Assembly: GCA_043751595.1 (NCBI GenBank)
Contig: JAYUZR010000021.1
Coordinates: 1 to 53,302 of the forward strand
DNA length: 53,302 nucleotides
DNA from: Candidatus Berkelbacteria bacterium
Lineage (GTDB): Bacteria; Patescibacteriota; UBA1384; CAILIB01
Reading direction: 5' to 3'
Within the stretch, counting starts at the first letter, position 1; every line of letters starts with the position of its first letter. The position numbers and the translations under genes were made by a program. The notes beneath the pieces are model-generated. The model had not been told where the DNA came from. It searched no databases and worked only from the letters and a program-made list of their open reading frames with translations. Below, one piece after another: positions 29,255 through 39,473 of the stretch.

Positions 29255-31792
29255 CTAATTTGCCAGCGCAAAACGATTGCGACGTGGACCCTCTTCTTTT
29301 AGAAGTTTACGCCTCCAAAAGCCCTTCACGATTTCTACACTTCCCAGATAGAGAGGTAGCAAAAGTGCGGTTCCGAGCCAGTATAAACGAGGGAGCGGCA
29401 CCATGCCAAGTCTGGAGCCGATTTCGGTGTACGGAAGGCTCACTGAAATGGCCAAACCAAAGGCTAAACTTATGGCTAACCCAAGGCTTGGGGCGCTACG
29501 CCAAAATGGCTTACGCCAGGTACGAATAATAAGCACTACAAAGGTCTGGGTAATCGCTGACATCACGAACCAACCAGTTTGGAAGGTTTCTCCCGAAGCA
29601 TGCAGGGTAAACCACAGAAAACCGAAGGTGAGATAATCGAATACAGTACTGACCAAGCCATAGCGCAGCATCGCCTGGTAAATCTGGGAGATAGCAAAGG
29701 GGTGTGGTCGCTCTACATCTTCATCATCAACCCTATCAGTAGGAATCGTGAGTTGAGAAATATCATACAGAGTAGTACCAAGTAGTACCTGAGTAGGTGT
29801 CATTGGCAAGAAAGGGAAGAAGAGCGAGGCTCCCGCCATACTGATCATATTACCAAAGTTTGAGCTCGTACCCATGAGCACGTACTTAACGGTGTTAGCC
29901 AAAATGCGACGACCCCCTATAACGCCATCCGCGATTACATCGAGACCCTTACGAAGCAATACTACTCCCGCTGCCTGTTTGGCCACATCTACGGCCGTAT
30001 CGACAGAAATACCAACATCCGCCGCGTGCAGCGCGGCAGCATCGTTTACTCCATCTCCCAAATAGGCCACCACATGCCCCGACTTTCTGAAGGCGGTAAT
30101 GATGCGCGCTTTTTGCTCAGGCGAGACTCGGGCAAAGATAGTGGTAGCCGCCAGAGCTCGTTCAAGCTCACGCTCGGAAAGATCTTCAATTGCTGCACCG
30201 GTAAGAATGCCGGTTACCGGTACATGCAATGCCTCACAAACGTGCTTTGTCACAATCTCGTTATCACCCGTGATTACCCGCACCGAAACACCTAACGAAG
30301 CTAGGTGATGAATAGCTCGGGCTGCTGAAGCCTTAGGAATATCAGCGAAAGAAACATGCCCTAGTAGCTCCATTTCTTTAGCGTCTTCAAACCCATACTC
30401 CTTTTTCTCCTTGATGGCCGCTTGCGCCACTGCAATTACCCGAAGACCCTGCTCATTTAGCTCGCGGAAGCGGGTCTGCATCTCCCGACGGAGCGCAGGC
30501 GTGAGGGGAATAAGTTTTCCTTTGGCATTGCGGTGCATAGTGCACCTGGCCAGGGTTTGCTCTGCCGCACCCTTAAAGAGAATAAGACGTTCTTTTTGAC
30601 GACTGATAACCACAAACTGCCCACGCTGCTCAAAACTAAACTCTTGCTCAAAGAGTTTTCTAATTCCCTTAAGCAAGCCCGTGTGGTGCGCGTACACATA
30701 CTGCAAAATAGCGACATCAATTGGGGTGCCGATAATTTTGTGGTGCACACTGGCCGTGGTACAGGCTGCTGCAACCTGAAGAACATAATCATCTTTATCG
30801 CCAGAGGCCTTGGCAAAGTTAGTTACCGTAAGACCGCCCTCGGTGAGGGTTCCAGTTTTATCGGTGCAGAGGATATCAATACTACCGAGCTCATCGATGG
30901 CAGTAAGCTTACGCACCACTACATTCTTTTTAGCGAGATCGGCTGCACCTTTTGCCATAGCGACCGTCACGATGACGGGCAGCAAGGCAGGCGTAAGACC
31001 AATAGCAATACTGAGTGCAAAAAGAACTGCCTGAAGCGGATCTCGCCCAAGAGCAATGTTTAGCACCCCAATAACGAGTGCCAAGATACCCACTACACGA
31101 GCCAAGAGCTTAGAAAGATTCGCTAACCCAAGCTGAAATGAAGAAGGAGTATGGCGATTAATAGCCGCACTCACTCTCCCAAGCTGTGTATCGAAGGCAA
31201 GCTTGCGCACAACCGCCTTGCCACTTCCGGCCGTAACTGTAGTACCCATATAGATCCAACCCACCTCGGGGTGGTCTGGGTTAACCTTTTTACTCACCCA
31301 AGCAGACTCTCCCGTAAGTGGGCTTTCATCAAGGGATAACTCGCGCGCTTCAAGCAGCTCGAGATCGGCCGGAACCAATGAACCCTGGTGCAATAGCATA
31401 ACATCGCCCAGCACTAATTCACTTACGGCGATCTCCTGTTTTTCACCCCCACGAATAACCGTAGCTGTATGGGTAATCTGGGCCTCGAGCGCACGAATAG
31501 TGCGCTCGGAAGAGAACTCATTCCAAAAACCAAGACCGGTACTTACCCCCAAGATGCAGATAATAACCGTGGCATTAGCATGGTCGCCAAAAAGCTGAGC
31601 CACGAGGGCCGTAACCACCAACACGAGAAGTAGTGGGTTATTTACCTGCCTCCAAAGCAACTTTAAAAGAGCCGCCTTAGGCGCTGGAAGGACATTACGC
31701 CCAAAAGCCATGCGTTGATGCATAACTTGCTCATGCGTAAGACCGCGAGCAATATCAAGTTCTACCCCCCTCTTTTGATGCATTACTGCCAT
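29255..31792 (-). CDS. mgtA: P-type ATPase, MgtA-like (probable Mg2+ transporter)
   Basis: ILCTDKTGTLTEG phosphorylation site, TGDNE, GDGVNDAAALHAADVGISV. The TM4 block GLTPALLPVIVTVAMAKGA resembles MgtA LTPEMLPMIV. 845 aa. Confidence 0.75.
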   Translation of the reverse strand: MAVMHQKRGVELDIARGLTHEQVMHQRMAFGRNVLPAPKAALLKLLWRQVNNPLLLVLVVTALVAQLFGDHANATVIICILGVSTGLGFWNEFSSERTIRALEAQITHTATVIRGGEKQEIAVSELVLGDVMLLHQGSLVPADLELLEARELSLDESPLTGESAWVSKKVNPDHPEVGWIYMGTTVTAGSGKAVVRKLAFDTQLGRVSAAINRHTPSSFQLGLANLSKLLARVVGILALVIGVLNIALGRDPLQAVLFALSIAIGLTPALLPVIVTVAMAKGAADLAKKNVVVRKLTAIDELGSIDILCTDKTGTLTEGGLTVTNFAKASGDKDDYVLQVAAACTTASVHHKIIGTPIDVAILQYVYAHHTGLLKGIRKLFEQEFSFEQRGQFVVISRQKERLILFKGAAEQTLARCTMHRNAKGKLIPLTPALRREMQTRFRELNEQGLRVIAVAQAAIKEKKEYGFEDAKEMELLGHVSFADIPKASAARAIHHLASLGVSVRVITGDNEIVTKHVCEALHVPVTGILTGAAIEDLSERELERALAATTIFARVSPEQKARIITAFRKSGHVVAYLGDGVNDAAALHAADVGISVDTAVDVAKQAAGVVLLRKGLDVIADGVIGGRRILANTVKYVLMGTSSNFGNMISMAGASLFFPFLPMTPTQVLLGTTLYDISQLTIPTDRVDDEDVERPHPFAISQIYQAMLRYGLVSTVFDYLTFGFLWFTLHASGETFQTGWFVMSAITQTFVVLIIRTWRKPFWRSAPSLGLAISLAFGLAISVSLPYTEIGSRLGMVPLPRLYWLGTALLLPLYLGSVEIVKGFWRRKLLKEEGPRRNRFALAN

Positions 31793-31806
31793 TGTACGCC
31801 AGCCGC

Positions 31807-32694
31807 CTAGTTTTTGGCGATAAGCTCGATTACCACCACCTCAGGAAACATGAAAAACCTACCCGGAACCGTGGAACTGCCAATACCTGTAGTAACGATA
31901 AGCTCGCGCCCATCTACGGTTTTACGGCCAGACCACGTACCAAAACTTCCGCGTGGTACGGGGAAGTAATGGGACGCTGCAGTCAGCCAGCGCCACGGCA
32001 AGTATTGCCCACCATGGGTATGGCCCGATAGTACTAGTTGGTGCTTTGGCAGATTTGCATAGTAGAGCCCATCAGGATTGTGGGAAAGTAAGATACCAAC
32101 ACCGCCGTTCTTACTATCTTCTGCTGAAAAATGTGCTGACATCTTTTTGGCTTGTTCTGCGAAAAGTTCACGCCTACCACTTGGAGAAAGAGCAAAATAG
32201 ACATCGTCTCGCTCAGGATCATCCAAGCCAAAAACGGTGAATCCCTCCCCTTTCCAGATCGAGTCACGAAGGATAATCAGACCTGCCTCACGTAATTCTT
32301 TTTCCCACACCTCATCCGAGTAGCCATGCAGGCAGCGGTGATCATGATTACCAAGTACTCCTACCACTGGAAGGTTAAAGCTATGCAAAAACGCGAGAAA
32401 CTTGAGTACCCTAGTACGCTGAAGATCGCCTGCCGTATGATCCAGGAAGTCTCCACCAAGTAGGATGACTTCAAAGCCACCTTCACCTAAGGCCTTGGCG
32501 ATTACATTCCACTGAGCTGCTTCAATCCAGGTAAAGCGGAACCAGGTCATATGAAGATCAGAAAGGAAGAGAATCTTTTTACCCGCCCCCTCGGAAACCA
32601 CAACTTTTTCCCGGCGAACCCGCATAAGTACAGGCTCAATCGCAATTACATAGACACCAAGTACAAGCACGAACCAGAGTAACAAGGTAAGCAT
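31807..32694 (-). CDS. membrane-anchored metallophosphoesterase (YkuE-like)
   Basis: Calcineurin-like motifs LSDLHM, GGDFLD, GNHD, SHNP, GHTHGGQ, plus an N-terminal TM. Confidence 0.8.
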   Translation of the reverse strand: MLTLLLWFVLVLGVYVIAIEPVLMRVRREKVVVSEGAGKKILFLSDLHMTWFRFTWIEAAQWNVIAKALGEGGFEVILLGGDFLDHTAGDLQRTRVLKFLAFLHSFNLPVVGVLGNHDHRCLHGYSDEVWEKELREAGLIILRDSIWKGEGFTVFGLDDPERDDVYFALSPSGRRELFAEQAKKMSAHFSAEDSKNGGVGILLSHNPDGLYYANLPKHQLVLSGHTHGGQYLPWRWLTAASHYFPVPRGSFGTWSGRKTVDGRELIVTTGIGSSTVPGRFFMFPEVVVIELIAKN

Positions 32695-32711
32695 GCTATA
32701 GTTATAGCACG

Positions 32712-32954
32712 ATGAGCTATACCGTATACATGCTGAAATGTGCCGATGGCACGCTCTATACGGGAGTAAGCACCGACCTTACACGGCGCCTCAAAGAACA
32801 TAACGGAACCATAAAAGGTGCCAAGTACACGGCCACTCGCCGGCCAGTTACGCTGCACTATTCCGAGTCAGCTCCAGATCGTTCAAGTGCACAGAAGCGC
32901 GAGCATGCGTTAAAAAAGATGACCCGAGAAGAGAAGTTAACTCTCAGAAACTAG
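32712..32954 (+). CDS. GIY-YIG domain protein (UPF0213-like, 80 aa)
   Basis: YTVYMLKCADGTLYTGVSTDLTRRLKEHN, followed by a conserved E in SSAQKREHALKK. Confidence 0.8.
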   Translation: MSYTVYMLKCADGTLYTGVSTDLTRRLKEHNGTIKGAKYTATRRPVTLHYSESAPDRSSAQKREHALKKMTREEKLTLRN

Positions 32955-33377
32955 TAATTCTTTACGTAAGGCATCTTTAATTGCCAAAAGTACCTCCGGT
33001 GGGTGCATTATTTTATCGTATGGAGACCAGTTTGCACCCCAATTAGCATCGGTAAAAGTTGTTTCAGCAAATGTACGCTCGCTCGAATACCGAGGGACTA
33101 CATGCCAGTGACAATGCGGCCACACATTGCGCAAGTTATCGTAGTTCATCATATCTGGCGCAAACAGACGCTGGAGTGCAGAAACTAGCTTATCCGAAAT
33201 AATACTGCGTAACTCAGCCCACTCTTCTTCGGTGCAGTCAAGAAATGGGTCAAGATTACCCTCACGCTTTAAGGCAATATAGCAACGACCGAGATATGAC
33301 TGATAATGGTTAAGATAAACAGTCCAATAAGCGTATTCAGCCACCACCATCTCAGATTGATCGGGCACGTATTCCAT
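32937..33377 (-). CDS. HIT-family (histidine triad) protein
   Basis: HCHWHVVPR histidine triad near the C-terminus. Converges on and overlaps the GIY-YIG gene by 18 nt. Confidence 0.7.
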   Translation of the reverse strand: MEYVPDQSEMVVAEYAYWTVYLNHYQSYLGRCYIALKREGNLDPFLDCTEEEWAELRSIISDKLVSALQRLFAPDMMNYDNLRNVWPHCHWHVVPRYSSERTFAETTFTDANWGANWSPYDKIMHPPEVLLAIKDALRKELLVSES

Positions 33378-33462
33378 AGCCTTAGTCTGTCATACTTTCG
33401 CAATCATGCACACATACACCAATATGTTGCATAAGTACGACATTATGTGATAGAAGTGCGAC

Positions 33463-33690
33463 ATGGCCATTATGCAGAACACCTTAAAAGTGCTCCGAGC
33501 CCAGCACAACCTTACGCAAGACGATCTTGCCGTTAAGGTTGGTGTTACTCGAACCACTATTACCTATCTAGAGAAAAACCAGTACATGCCGTCTCTTGCT
33601 CTTGCAGTAAAGATTGCGCGGTTTTTTGATCAACCTATTGAATCTATTTTTATCGTAAACCTAGAAGATGAAAACAATAGTTCCCTATAA
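33463..33690 (+). CDS. XRE-family helix-turn-helix regulator (75 aa)
   Basis: LTQDDLAVKVGVTRTTITYLEKNQYMPSLALAVKIARFF. Confidence 0.85.
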   Translation: MAIMQNTLKVLRAQHNLTQDDLAVKVGVTRTTITYLEKNQYMPSLALAVKIARFFDQPIESIFIVNLEDENNSSL

Positions 33691-34204
33691 GTTAATTAGT
33701 AAGCGGTCTCGATTAATCAGCGATATCAGCTTCTTTCTAGCAATAGCTGCCTCATTTCTCGCCATAGGATACGCACCGAGCGATAAAACATACCTGATTA
33801 CCTCCATCTTCTGCTCTCTGATTCTCATTTTACTCCTTTGTTTTTGGTACTTTTCCTACGATCAAATCAGCAGAAAAACTTCAATCCCACGGCTAGACTA
33901 CTTATTAGGCGTAACACATCAGCCAGAAGATGAACGAGAGCAACTCGCTCTTTATAGAGCAGGATTCCTTGCCTTTCACCTTATGATTCGAGTCAGCTTC
34001 ATCGTCTGGTTTATTACCAACTCATTCGCAAGAACATTTGAACAACGCGCACTAGGCTATCCTGTCATTCTTGTTATGGCCATTAGCTGGGCATTCTTCG
34101 CACAGCTTCTTCGCCGCTATGAAGTCGAACAGCGCCAAGAGTTCAGCACCGATGGCAAGATTGTCATCTTTGAAAAAGGTAAAAAACCAGTCGTTACTAA
34201 ATAA
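33668..34204 (+). CDS. hypothetical 4-TM membrane protein coupled to the XRE regulator
   Basis: Overlaps the HTH gene by 23 nt. Four hydrophobic segments; no family recognised with certainty. Confidence 0.5.
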   Translation: MKTIVPYKLISKRSRLISDISFFLAIAASFLAIGYAPSDKTYLITSIFCSLILILLLCFWYFSYDQISRKTSIPRLDYLLGVTHQPEDEREQLALYRAGFLAFHLMIRVSFIVWFITNSFARTFEQRALGYPVILVMAISWAFFAQLLRRYEVEQRQEFSTDGKIVIFEKGKKPVVTK

Positions 34205-34853
34205 CTTCCAAGCTAGTTGTTAGGCAGTACACTTCTCCCCGAACAAGTTCCTTGGGCCTACCGGCAAACTCAACCTCAAGGTACCTTCCCTCGGGATCGA
34301 GGTAGAGCTGAAGACTCATATCGTAGCCCTCAACTACGTCGGAGCTGATTCTTAACTTTCTCCCGCGCGAAGTTAACAGCTCTACCTCGTTGTCATCAAA
34401 GGATTGCTTGCCCTCATCCCCTGCTGCAAGCTCTACTTTGCCAGTACTAACCCATAGCTTCTTGGGTACTGGTAGCTGAATAACAACCCAAGGAGCAACC
34501 TGAATAGCTGATACCCCTTCCTGGCGTAGCTCACTCACTATACAAACCTTCTCACCATTAAGCTCACATCCCTGGAGTAATCGCACGCCAAACTCTTCAA
34601 TGTATTTACTGGCAATAGTATTGGAGTCATCTTCTTGCTGCCAGGGTAATCCGTCCATCGCGGGCAGTGGGGGCCATTTTGCGGGCCATGCGTCTTGAGG
34701 CCATATCCAAGTTTTTACTCCTCCCCAATTAGGCCAAGAGACATCTACTTCCGGTTTAGGGTTAACCCATAAAAGGTTAGCCCCATTATGGACTATCTCC
34801 ATGAGTCTGCCTTTCGCAGGATCAACTTTTAGCTGGATCGGCTGATCAGTCAT
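34197..34853 (-). CDS. hypothetical protein (last gene of the TrmB-led cassette)
   Basis: 218-aa ORF, 4-nt overlap with the upstream hydrolase gene, Trp-rich (WPNWGGVKTWIWPQDAWPAKWPP). No family recognised. Confidence 0.5.
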   Translation of the reverse strand: MTDQPIQLKVDPAKGRLMEIVHNGANLLWVNPKPEVDVSWPNWGGVKTWIWPQDAWPAKWPPLPAMDGLPWQQEDDSNTIASKYIEEFGVRLLQGCELNGEKVCIVSELRQEGVSAIQVAPWVVIQLPVPKKLWVSTGKVELAAGDEGKQSFDDNEVELLTSRGRKLRISSDVVEGYDMSLQLYLDPEGRYLEVEFAGRPKELVRGEVYCLTTSLEVI

Positions 34854-35431
34854 ATACTTATCTGAGTTACTAGCGCCTGGATATATCTTAAATTAGCCAC
34901 ATCATGATGCACGCCAGGAATCACTGTAAGTAAACTATCCGCCAAAAGGCGGTGCGCTTCATTGGATCGTCGCAGTAAAATCGGCCACTCTTGACCTTCA
35001 GATTCACCCACAAGTAACAAGGTTTTACAGGTCACTCTTGGCGCCAGAGAAGCAAAAGTAACCTTCTCAAACCCTTTAATGATTCGCACGCCCAGTTCCT
35101 CACTCCATTCAACCGGAACATCAGGAATATCTTCAGCAAAGTAAGGCGAGAGCGAACAAAGCCACAACTCGCTTGGCACACGCTTCGATGCAGCAATCAA
35201 GGCGATAACGGCACCAAAAGAGAAGCCAGCCAGTATCGTAGTGGACGGATCATACTTGGCATACACCTGCATAAACTCCGTTACCCAGCCTGAGATACTC
35301 CTCCCCTTCCAAGTTATTGGAACGAATTGCACCTTGAATCCCGCGCCCTTAATAGCCGTGAGAACTGCAGCATAATCGCGAGTAGTTAGATCTTCTTGAA
35401 ATCCCGGAATAAAGAGGATGGTTTTCACCAT
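34850..35431 (-). CDS. alpha/beta-fold serine hydrolase
   Basis: Nucleophile elbow GFSFG, FIPGF oxyanion region, late His in PGVHHD. Confidence 0.7.
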   Translation of the reverse strand: MVKTILFIPGFQEDLTTRDYAAVLTAIKGAGFKVQFVPITWKGRSISGWVTEFMQVYAKYDPSTTILAGFSFGAVIALIAASKRVPSELWLCSLSPYFAEDIPDVPVEWSEELGVRIIKGFEKVTFASLAPRVTCKTLLLVGESEGQEWPILLRRSNEAHRLLADSLLTVIPGVHHDVANLRYIQALVTQISI

Positions 35432-35454
35432 CCCAGTATAGCAAAAGGAACCAC

Positions 35455-36405
35455 CTATCCCAGAGTAGTAATTGGCCTACTTTGCACAATTGAAAAAGCG
35501 TCACTTTCCAAAGCCCACTCAATATCACAAGGAAATCCATAGTGAGCCTCAATCGTAAGAATAATCTTTGCTAACTCAAGAATCTGATCATTGGAAAGCT
35601 TTTGCACTTCTTGCAAGCTTTTTGGGATGTGCTCCCAACGACTTCCTCCCAGATCAGCTCGTATCAATCTTCGCTCTTGCTGGGCAATGTAGGCATCCAC
35701 AATACTCAGATTGCTTTTAGCAACTACATAACTATCAGGGGTAACCGATCCAGAAACAATTGCTTCACCAAGCCCATATCCTGCTTCAATAATTAGGTGA
35801 TTAGGGTTCTGACTAACCGGATGCACCGAAAAGGCAATCCCCGAGACCTTGGCATTGACCATCTTTTGCACCACAACCGCCACTGAAACGTTCTTACCTA
35901 GGAATCCCTTCTCAAATCGGTAACAGATTGCCCGGGGTGTAAACAGAGAAGTCCAGCATTCTTGCACTTTTTGCAGTAAGCCTGATTGATCAACGTAGAG
36001 AAAGCTTTCAAGCTCACCCGCCCACGAAGCACCTACGCCATCTTCGGCAGTTGCAGAAGAACGGACGGCTACGCAAGGAGAATTGAGAAAAGTAAACGCT
36101 TCTTGGATAGTTTTCTGCAGTTCAAGTGGAAAAGGCGCCTTGAGAATAGCTGTACGCAGCTTTTCTGAAACAACCTCCACTTCCGCAAGATTCTGCGGAC
36201 TTAACTCAGCAAGCTCCTGGTCAATCATTTCTCCAATCCCTGTAGTAACCATGAATTGATCAAAGGCATTCGTTAAGACAACAAAGCCAGGTGGTACCGG
36301 GATTCCGGCTTTGGTCATCTCACCAAGAGAGGCACCTTTGCCGCCGGCAAGGGCGACATCTGCAGTTGAAAGATCGGCAAACCAAGCGAAATAAGAGTTT
36401 ATCAC
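35455..36405 (-). CDS. PEP synthase/PPDK N-terminal ATP-grasp (nucleotide-binding) domain protein
   Basis: DVALAGGKGASLGEMTKAGIPVPPGFVV, VAVRSSATAEDG, typical of the PpsA/PPDK/rifampin-phosphotransferase N-domain. Only 316 aa, with no swivel domain. Confidence 0.8.
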   Translation of the reverse strand: MINSYFAWFADLSTADVALAGGKGASLGEMTKAGIPVPPGFVVLTNAFDQFMVTTGIGEMIDQELAELSPQNLAEVEVVSEKLRTAILKAPFPLELQKTIQEAFTFLNSPCVAVRSSATAEDGVGASWAGELESFLYVDQSGLLQKVQECWTSLFTPRAICYRFEKGFLGKNVSVAVVVQKMVNAKVSGIAFSVHPVSQNPNHLIIEAGYGLGEAIVSGSVTPDSYVVAKSNLSIVDAYIAQQERRLIRADLGGSRWEHIPKSLQEVQKLSNDQILELAKIILTIEAHYGFPCDIEWALESDAFSIVQSRPITTLG

Positions 36406-37415
36406 TATCCTAAAATACGGATAACACCACTAGAGGCATCCACCTCAACCATATCACCAGTTTTTAGTGCCTTCGTGGCAATCTTCGTTCCGATAACACA
36501 GGGCTTTTTCATCTCGCGGGCAACGATTGCGGCATGACAAGTAATCCCCCCTTCGTCGGTAATGAAGGCAGAGGCCTTATACATCGCCGGTAAGTAATCA
36601 GGGGTAGTCATGGCAGTCACCAGCACCTCGCCTTCAATAAGTGTGCCAATCTCGGATTTACTGTGCAATACCCGAACCCTACCTGTGATCGTACCAGTCA
36701 TTGCCGTCTGACCCCTTAGCTCAGTTAAGCCTTCTGGAACTTCCTCTTCCTTAATCACGATATCATTGCGACTTGCCAACTCCTCCAAGGATTCTTCGGT
36801 GTAGAGCTTGAACCCTACATACAAATAGTGACTCTGACGATCATTCAGTACTTGAAGAGGGGGAATACTATTGGCAGAGATTTCCTCAAAAGTAAGGTAT
36901 TTCACTAAGTCGCCAAGATTAGGATACAACTCCCTTAACGTCGCGTAGATTACCTTGTCGGTATTATCCAAAAAGTCGGCTGATCGTCTGCGAAGCTCCA
37001 TCCCCATATCCTGATACCGCTGATCGATTTCTTCCACCTCGGGCAAAATATAAGTAACAGAGACCCCGACCCAAGAAAGAGCCATCACACTAAAAAACGA
37101 AACCAATTCTTCCCTGGTACTAAACTGACCTCTTTTCCACGTTTCCTCAAGGACATCAATTTGGTGATTATAGGCCTCCATGATCCTCTCAATAGTAGGC
37201 AGATCGCTTTTACTCTTCCTCAGAATAAGCTCACGCCAGATTGGGAAAATATCCTCATGGTAGTAAACAGAAGCAACACCCCCTCTTACATCAAAAATAC
37301 TAACCGGCACATTTTCATCCAGAAACTTTTCAAGAAGATGCCCCTGATGCTCTTCCCATACTTGAATGGAAAATAACGTATTCTCGCGGGTGTATGCCTT
37401 TGTGTAAGTAGCCAT
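36405..37415 (-). CDS. PEP-utilising enzyme mobile (phosphohistidine swivel) domain protein with unknown N-terminal domain
   Basis: C-terminal signature GGITCHAAIVAREMKKPCVIG. The N-terminal ~240 aa are unassigned. Its stop overlaps the start of the ATP-grasp gene by 1 nt. Confidence 0.8.
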   Translation of the reverse strand: MATYTKAYTRENTLFSIQVWEEHQGHLLEKFLDENVPVSIFDVRGGVASVYYHEDIFPIWRELILRKSKSDLPTIERIMEAYNHQIDVLEETWKRGQFSTREELVSFFSVMALSWVGVSVTYILPEVEEIDQRYQDMGMELRRRSADFLDNTDKVIYATLRELYPNLGDLVKYLTFEEISANSIPPLQVLNDRQSHYLYVGFKLYTEESLEELASRNDIVIKEEEVPEGLTELRGQTAMTGTITGRVRVLHSKSEIGTLIEGEVLVTAMTTPDYLPAMYKASAFITDEGGITCHAAIVAREMKKPCVIGTKIATKALKTGDMVEVDASSGVIRILG

Positions 37416-38171
37416 CTAATTCTTATTATCTTGCTGGTTAGAAAAAGCCATATCAAAAAGAGAAGAAAGAGTTTGCGCAATCTTCTCGTTTTTAATAATT
37501 ACTCCCGAGGTGCCATCGAATAGAGAAAGGCGAACCTTATCGTTATAAATCGCAATATCGGCAGGCATTGGGAGTTCTGGGCCAACTTTTTTTGCCTCTC
37601 GACTCCCATCGTTTGAAATAGTAGTTTCCTGAGAATTATAAAGGACTTTGGCATAAATGTTTTTCTTGATACGGGCAGCATGGCCTTCTTTCCTATCGGC
37701 ATCAGAATAAGCATCCACCATATTATCCAGCGAGTACGCCAACTTGATGGTAGACCCCTCTACCTCAAGCATGTCGTTCCTCATCGCAAGTAGACCTCTT
37801 TTACCAGAAAAGTAGCGAATAAAAGGCTCTTCCGTTTCATCTTTGCTATGCACAAGCACCTTCTGCAAGTCTTCAATCACAGCTTCAGCACTTTTTTCTT
37901 GCTCCTCAAGTACACGTCGCTTTGCACGGACCAGATCCAGAAGATTCTCGGGCTTTTCACATAGATACTTCACCTTACCTCCAACCGTAGACATACTAAC
38001 TAACCCCTTGGCAACTAAACCATCTAAGAGGGCATAGGAGTTAGGACGGCTAACCTTAGCCTGTTGAGCAATTTCTTGAACGGTTCCCTGAGACAAATGA
38101 AGAAGCGCTAAGTAAATGCGAGATTCTTTTTCAGTGAGACCTAAGTCCTGCAGTGCTTGAAGATGATTCAT
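37416..38171 (-). CDS. TrmB-family transcriptional regulator
   Basis: N-terminal wHTH LGLTEKESRIYLALLHLSQGTVQEIAQQAKVSRPNSYALLDGLVAKGLV plus a C-terminal effector-type domain. Confidence 0.8.
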   Translation of the reverse strand: MNHLQALQDLGLTEKESRIYLALLHLSQGTVQEIAQQAKVSRPNSYALLDGLVAKGLVSMSTVGGKVKYLCEKPENLLDLVRAKRRVLEEQEKSAEAVIEDLQKVLVHSKDETEEPFIRYFSGKRGLLAMRNDMLEVEGSTIKLAYSLDNMVDAYSDADRKEGHAARIKKNIYAKVLYNSQETTISNDGSREAKKVGPELPMPADIAIYNDKVRLSLFDGTSGVIIKNEKIAQTLSSLFDMAFSNQQDNKN

Positions 38172-38227
38172 GCACCCTTTCTATCTTTTTCTGTATAGTT
38201 TGTCAAACACTATGTACACTATGCAAT

Positions 38228-38899
38228 CTATAGGTGCTTCAGCCCCTCTCTCACACTTAACGGCTGCAGCCTCCCTCTATTATCCTCAACAAACTCCCTT
38301 ACCCAATCAGGGTCGGTTTTGGCGTATTCACGCAGTGACCACCCTATTGCCTTGGCGATAAAAAACTCCTTTTCATGTGCACATGAGAGTATAGCGCGAG
38401 CGAGCCATTCGCGGTCGGTATCACCCTTCCAACCAAGCATGTGATTTAAGGGGATGCGACGTAACCAGAAGTTATCTGAATCAAGCCACTGATTCATTAC
38501 TGCTCTCCCCTCCTGCGGATATGCCTTTACGGTAGCGCTCACCATTTTACGTAAGTAATCGATACTATCCCACCACGGTTTCGTGGTCGTAATCTTTGCC
38601 AGGGCCGGAAAATCTTGGGGAGTCAGAGATTTGCTCAAATAATCTAGGTAATCGAGCCCTGCATAAAAGTATTCACGCTCGGGTAGAGCTGCCAAAGACC
38701 GCACAATATCCAAGTCTAGTAGCAACTTTTTACCCCCTTCTTCACGCAGCACCCCAAGCACCAATGCGCGGCGGGTTGGCGAATCAATTCCAAGATAGGG
38801 AAACTGGTTACGCATATAGGCCGACATTGCCACGGCCGATTCGGGATTAGCCTGAGCCTCGAGCGTCGTCTGCACCATTTGAGCGAGTGAAGGTATCAT
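38228..38899 (-). CDS. DNA alkylation repair protein (AlkD/AlkC-like HEAT repeat family)
   Basis: AMSAYMRNQFPYLGI, WLRR and IGWSLREY blocks; about 220 aa. Confidence 0.65.
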   Translation of the reverse strand: MIPSLAQMVQTTLEAQANPESAVAMSAYMRNQFPYLGIDSPTRRALVLGVLREEGGKKLLLDLDIVRSLAALPEREYFYAGLDYLDYLSKSLTPQDFPALAKITTTKPWWDSIDYLRKMVSATVKAYPQEGRAVMNQWLDSDNFWLRRIPLNHMLGWKGDTDREWLARAILSCAHEKEFFIAKAIGWSLREYAKTDPDWVREFVEDNRGRLQPLSVREGLKHL

Positions 38900-38928
38900 G
38901 CAGATAGCTTAGCAATAGCCTTCTCGCC

Positions 38929-39393
38929 ATGCCACATATTCACGAAAAGATCGATTTTACGGTTGAGGTATTTATTGTAGAGGGCGATGCCGTCTTACTG
39001 CGTAAGCACGATAAGTATGGCATCTGGTTAAGTGTGGGCGGGCATGTGGAGCTAGACGAAGACCCGGTGCAGGCTGCCATCCGTGAAGTTAAGGAAGAAG
39101 TCGGGTTGGAGGTAGAGCTTTCCCGTCACTTACTAGTGCCCACGGAAGAGACCGAAACCTATAAGGAACTCATTCCGCCGGTTTTTATGAATCGCCACCG
39201 AATCAACCCTACGCACGAACATGTCTGCCTTACTTACTTTGCCAGAGCCACATCGCGCGAGGTGAGTAATCAAGAAAGTGAGAAAAGTAGCGGACTAGGT
39301 TGGTTTAACCTAGGAGAATTGCAAAATCTTGAAGGGCTCACTCATGCGGTAAAAGTATATGCAGAAGCCGCGCTTACAACTCTAGCTTCGTAA
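38929..39393 (+). CDS. NUDIX hydrolase
   Basis: Nudix box GGHVELDEDPVQAAIREVKEEVGLEV. Confidence 0.85.
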   Translation: MPHIHEKIDFTVEVFIVEGDAVLLRKHDKYGIWLSVGGHVELDEDPVQAAIREVKEEVGLEVELSRHLLVPTEETETYKELIPPVFMNRHRINPTHEHVCLTYFARATSREVSNQESEKSSGLGWFNLGELQNLEGLTHAVKVYAEAALTTLAS

Positions 39394-39400
39394 ATTGAAA

Positions 39401-39430
39401 AGACGGTCCGCGAACGTTTGCGGACCGTCT
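39401..39430. terminator. hairpin terminator between convergent genes
   Basis: 11-bp stem AGACGGTCCGC/GCGGACCGTCT. Confidence 0.6.
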
Positions 39431-39473
39431 AAGTTGATTTTGACACCGTCACTTCTCCAAACATGCTGTAGTT

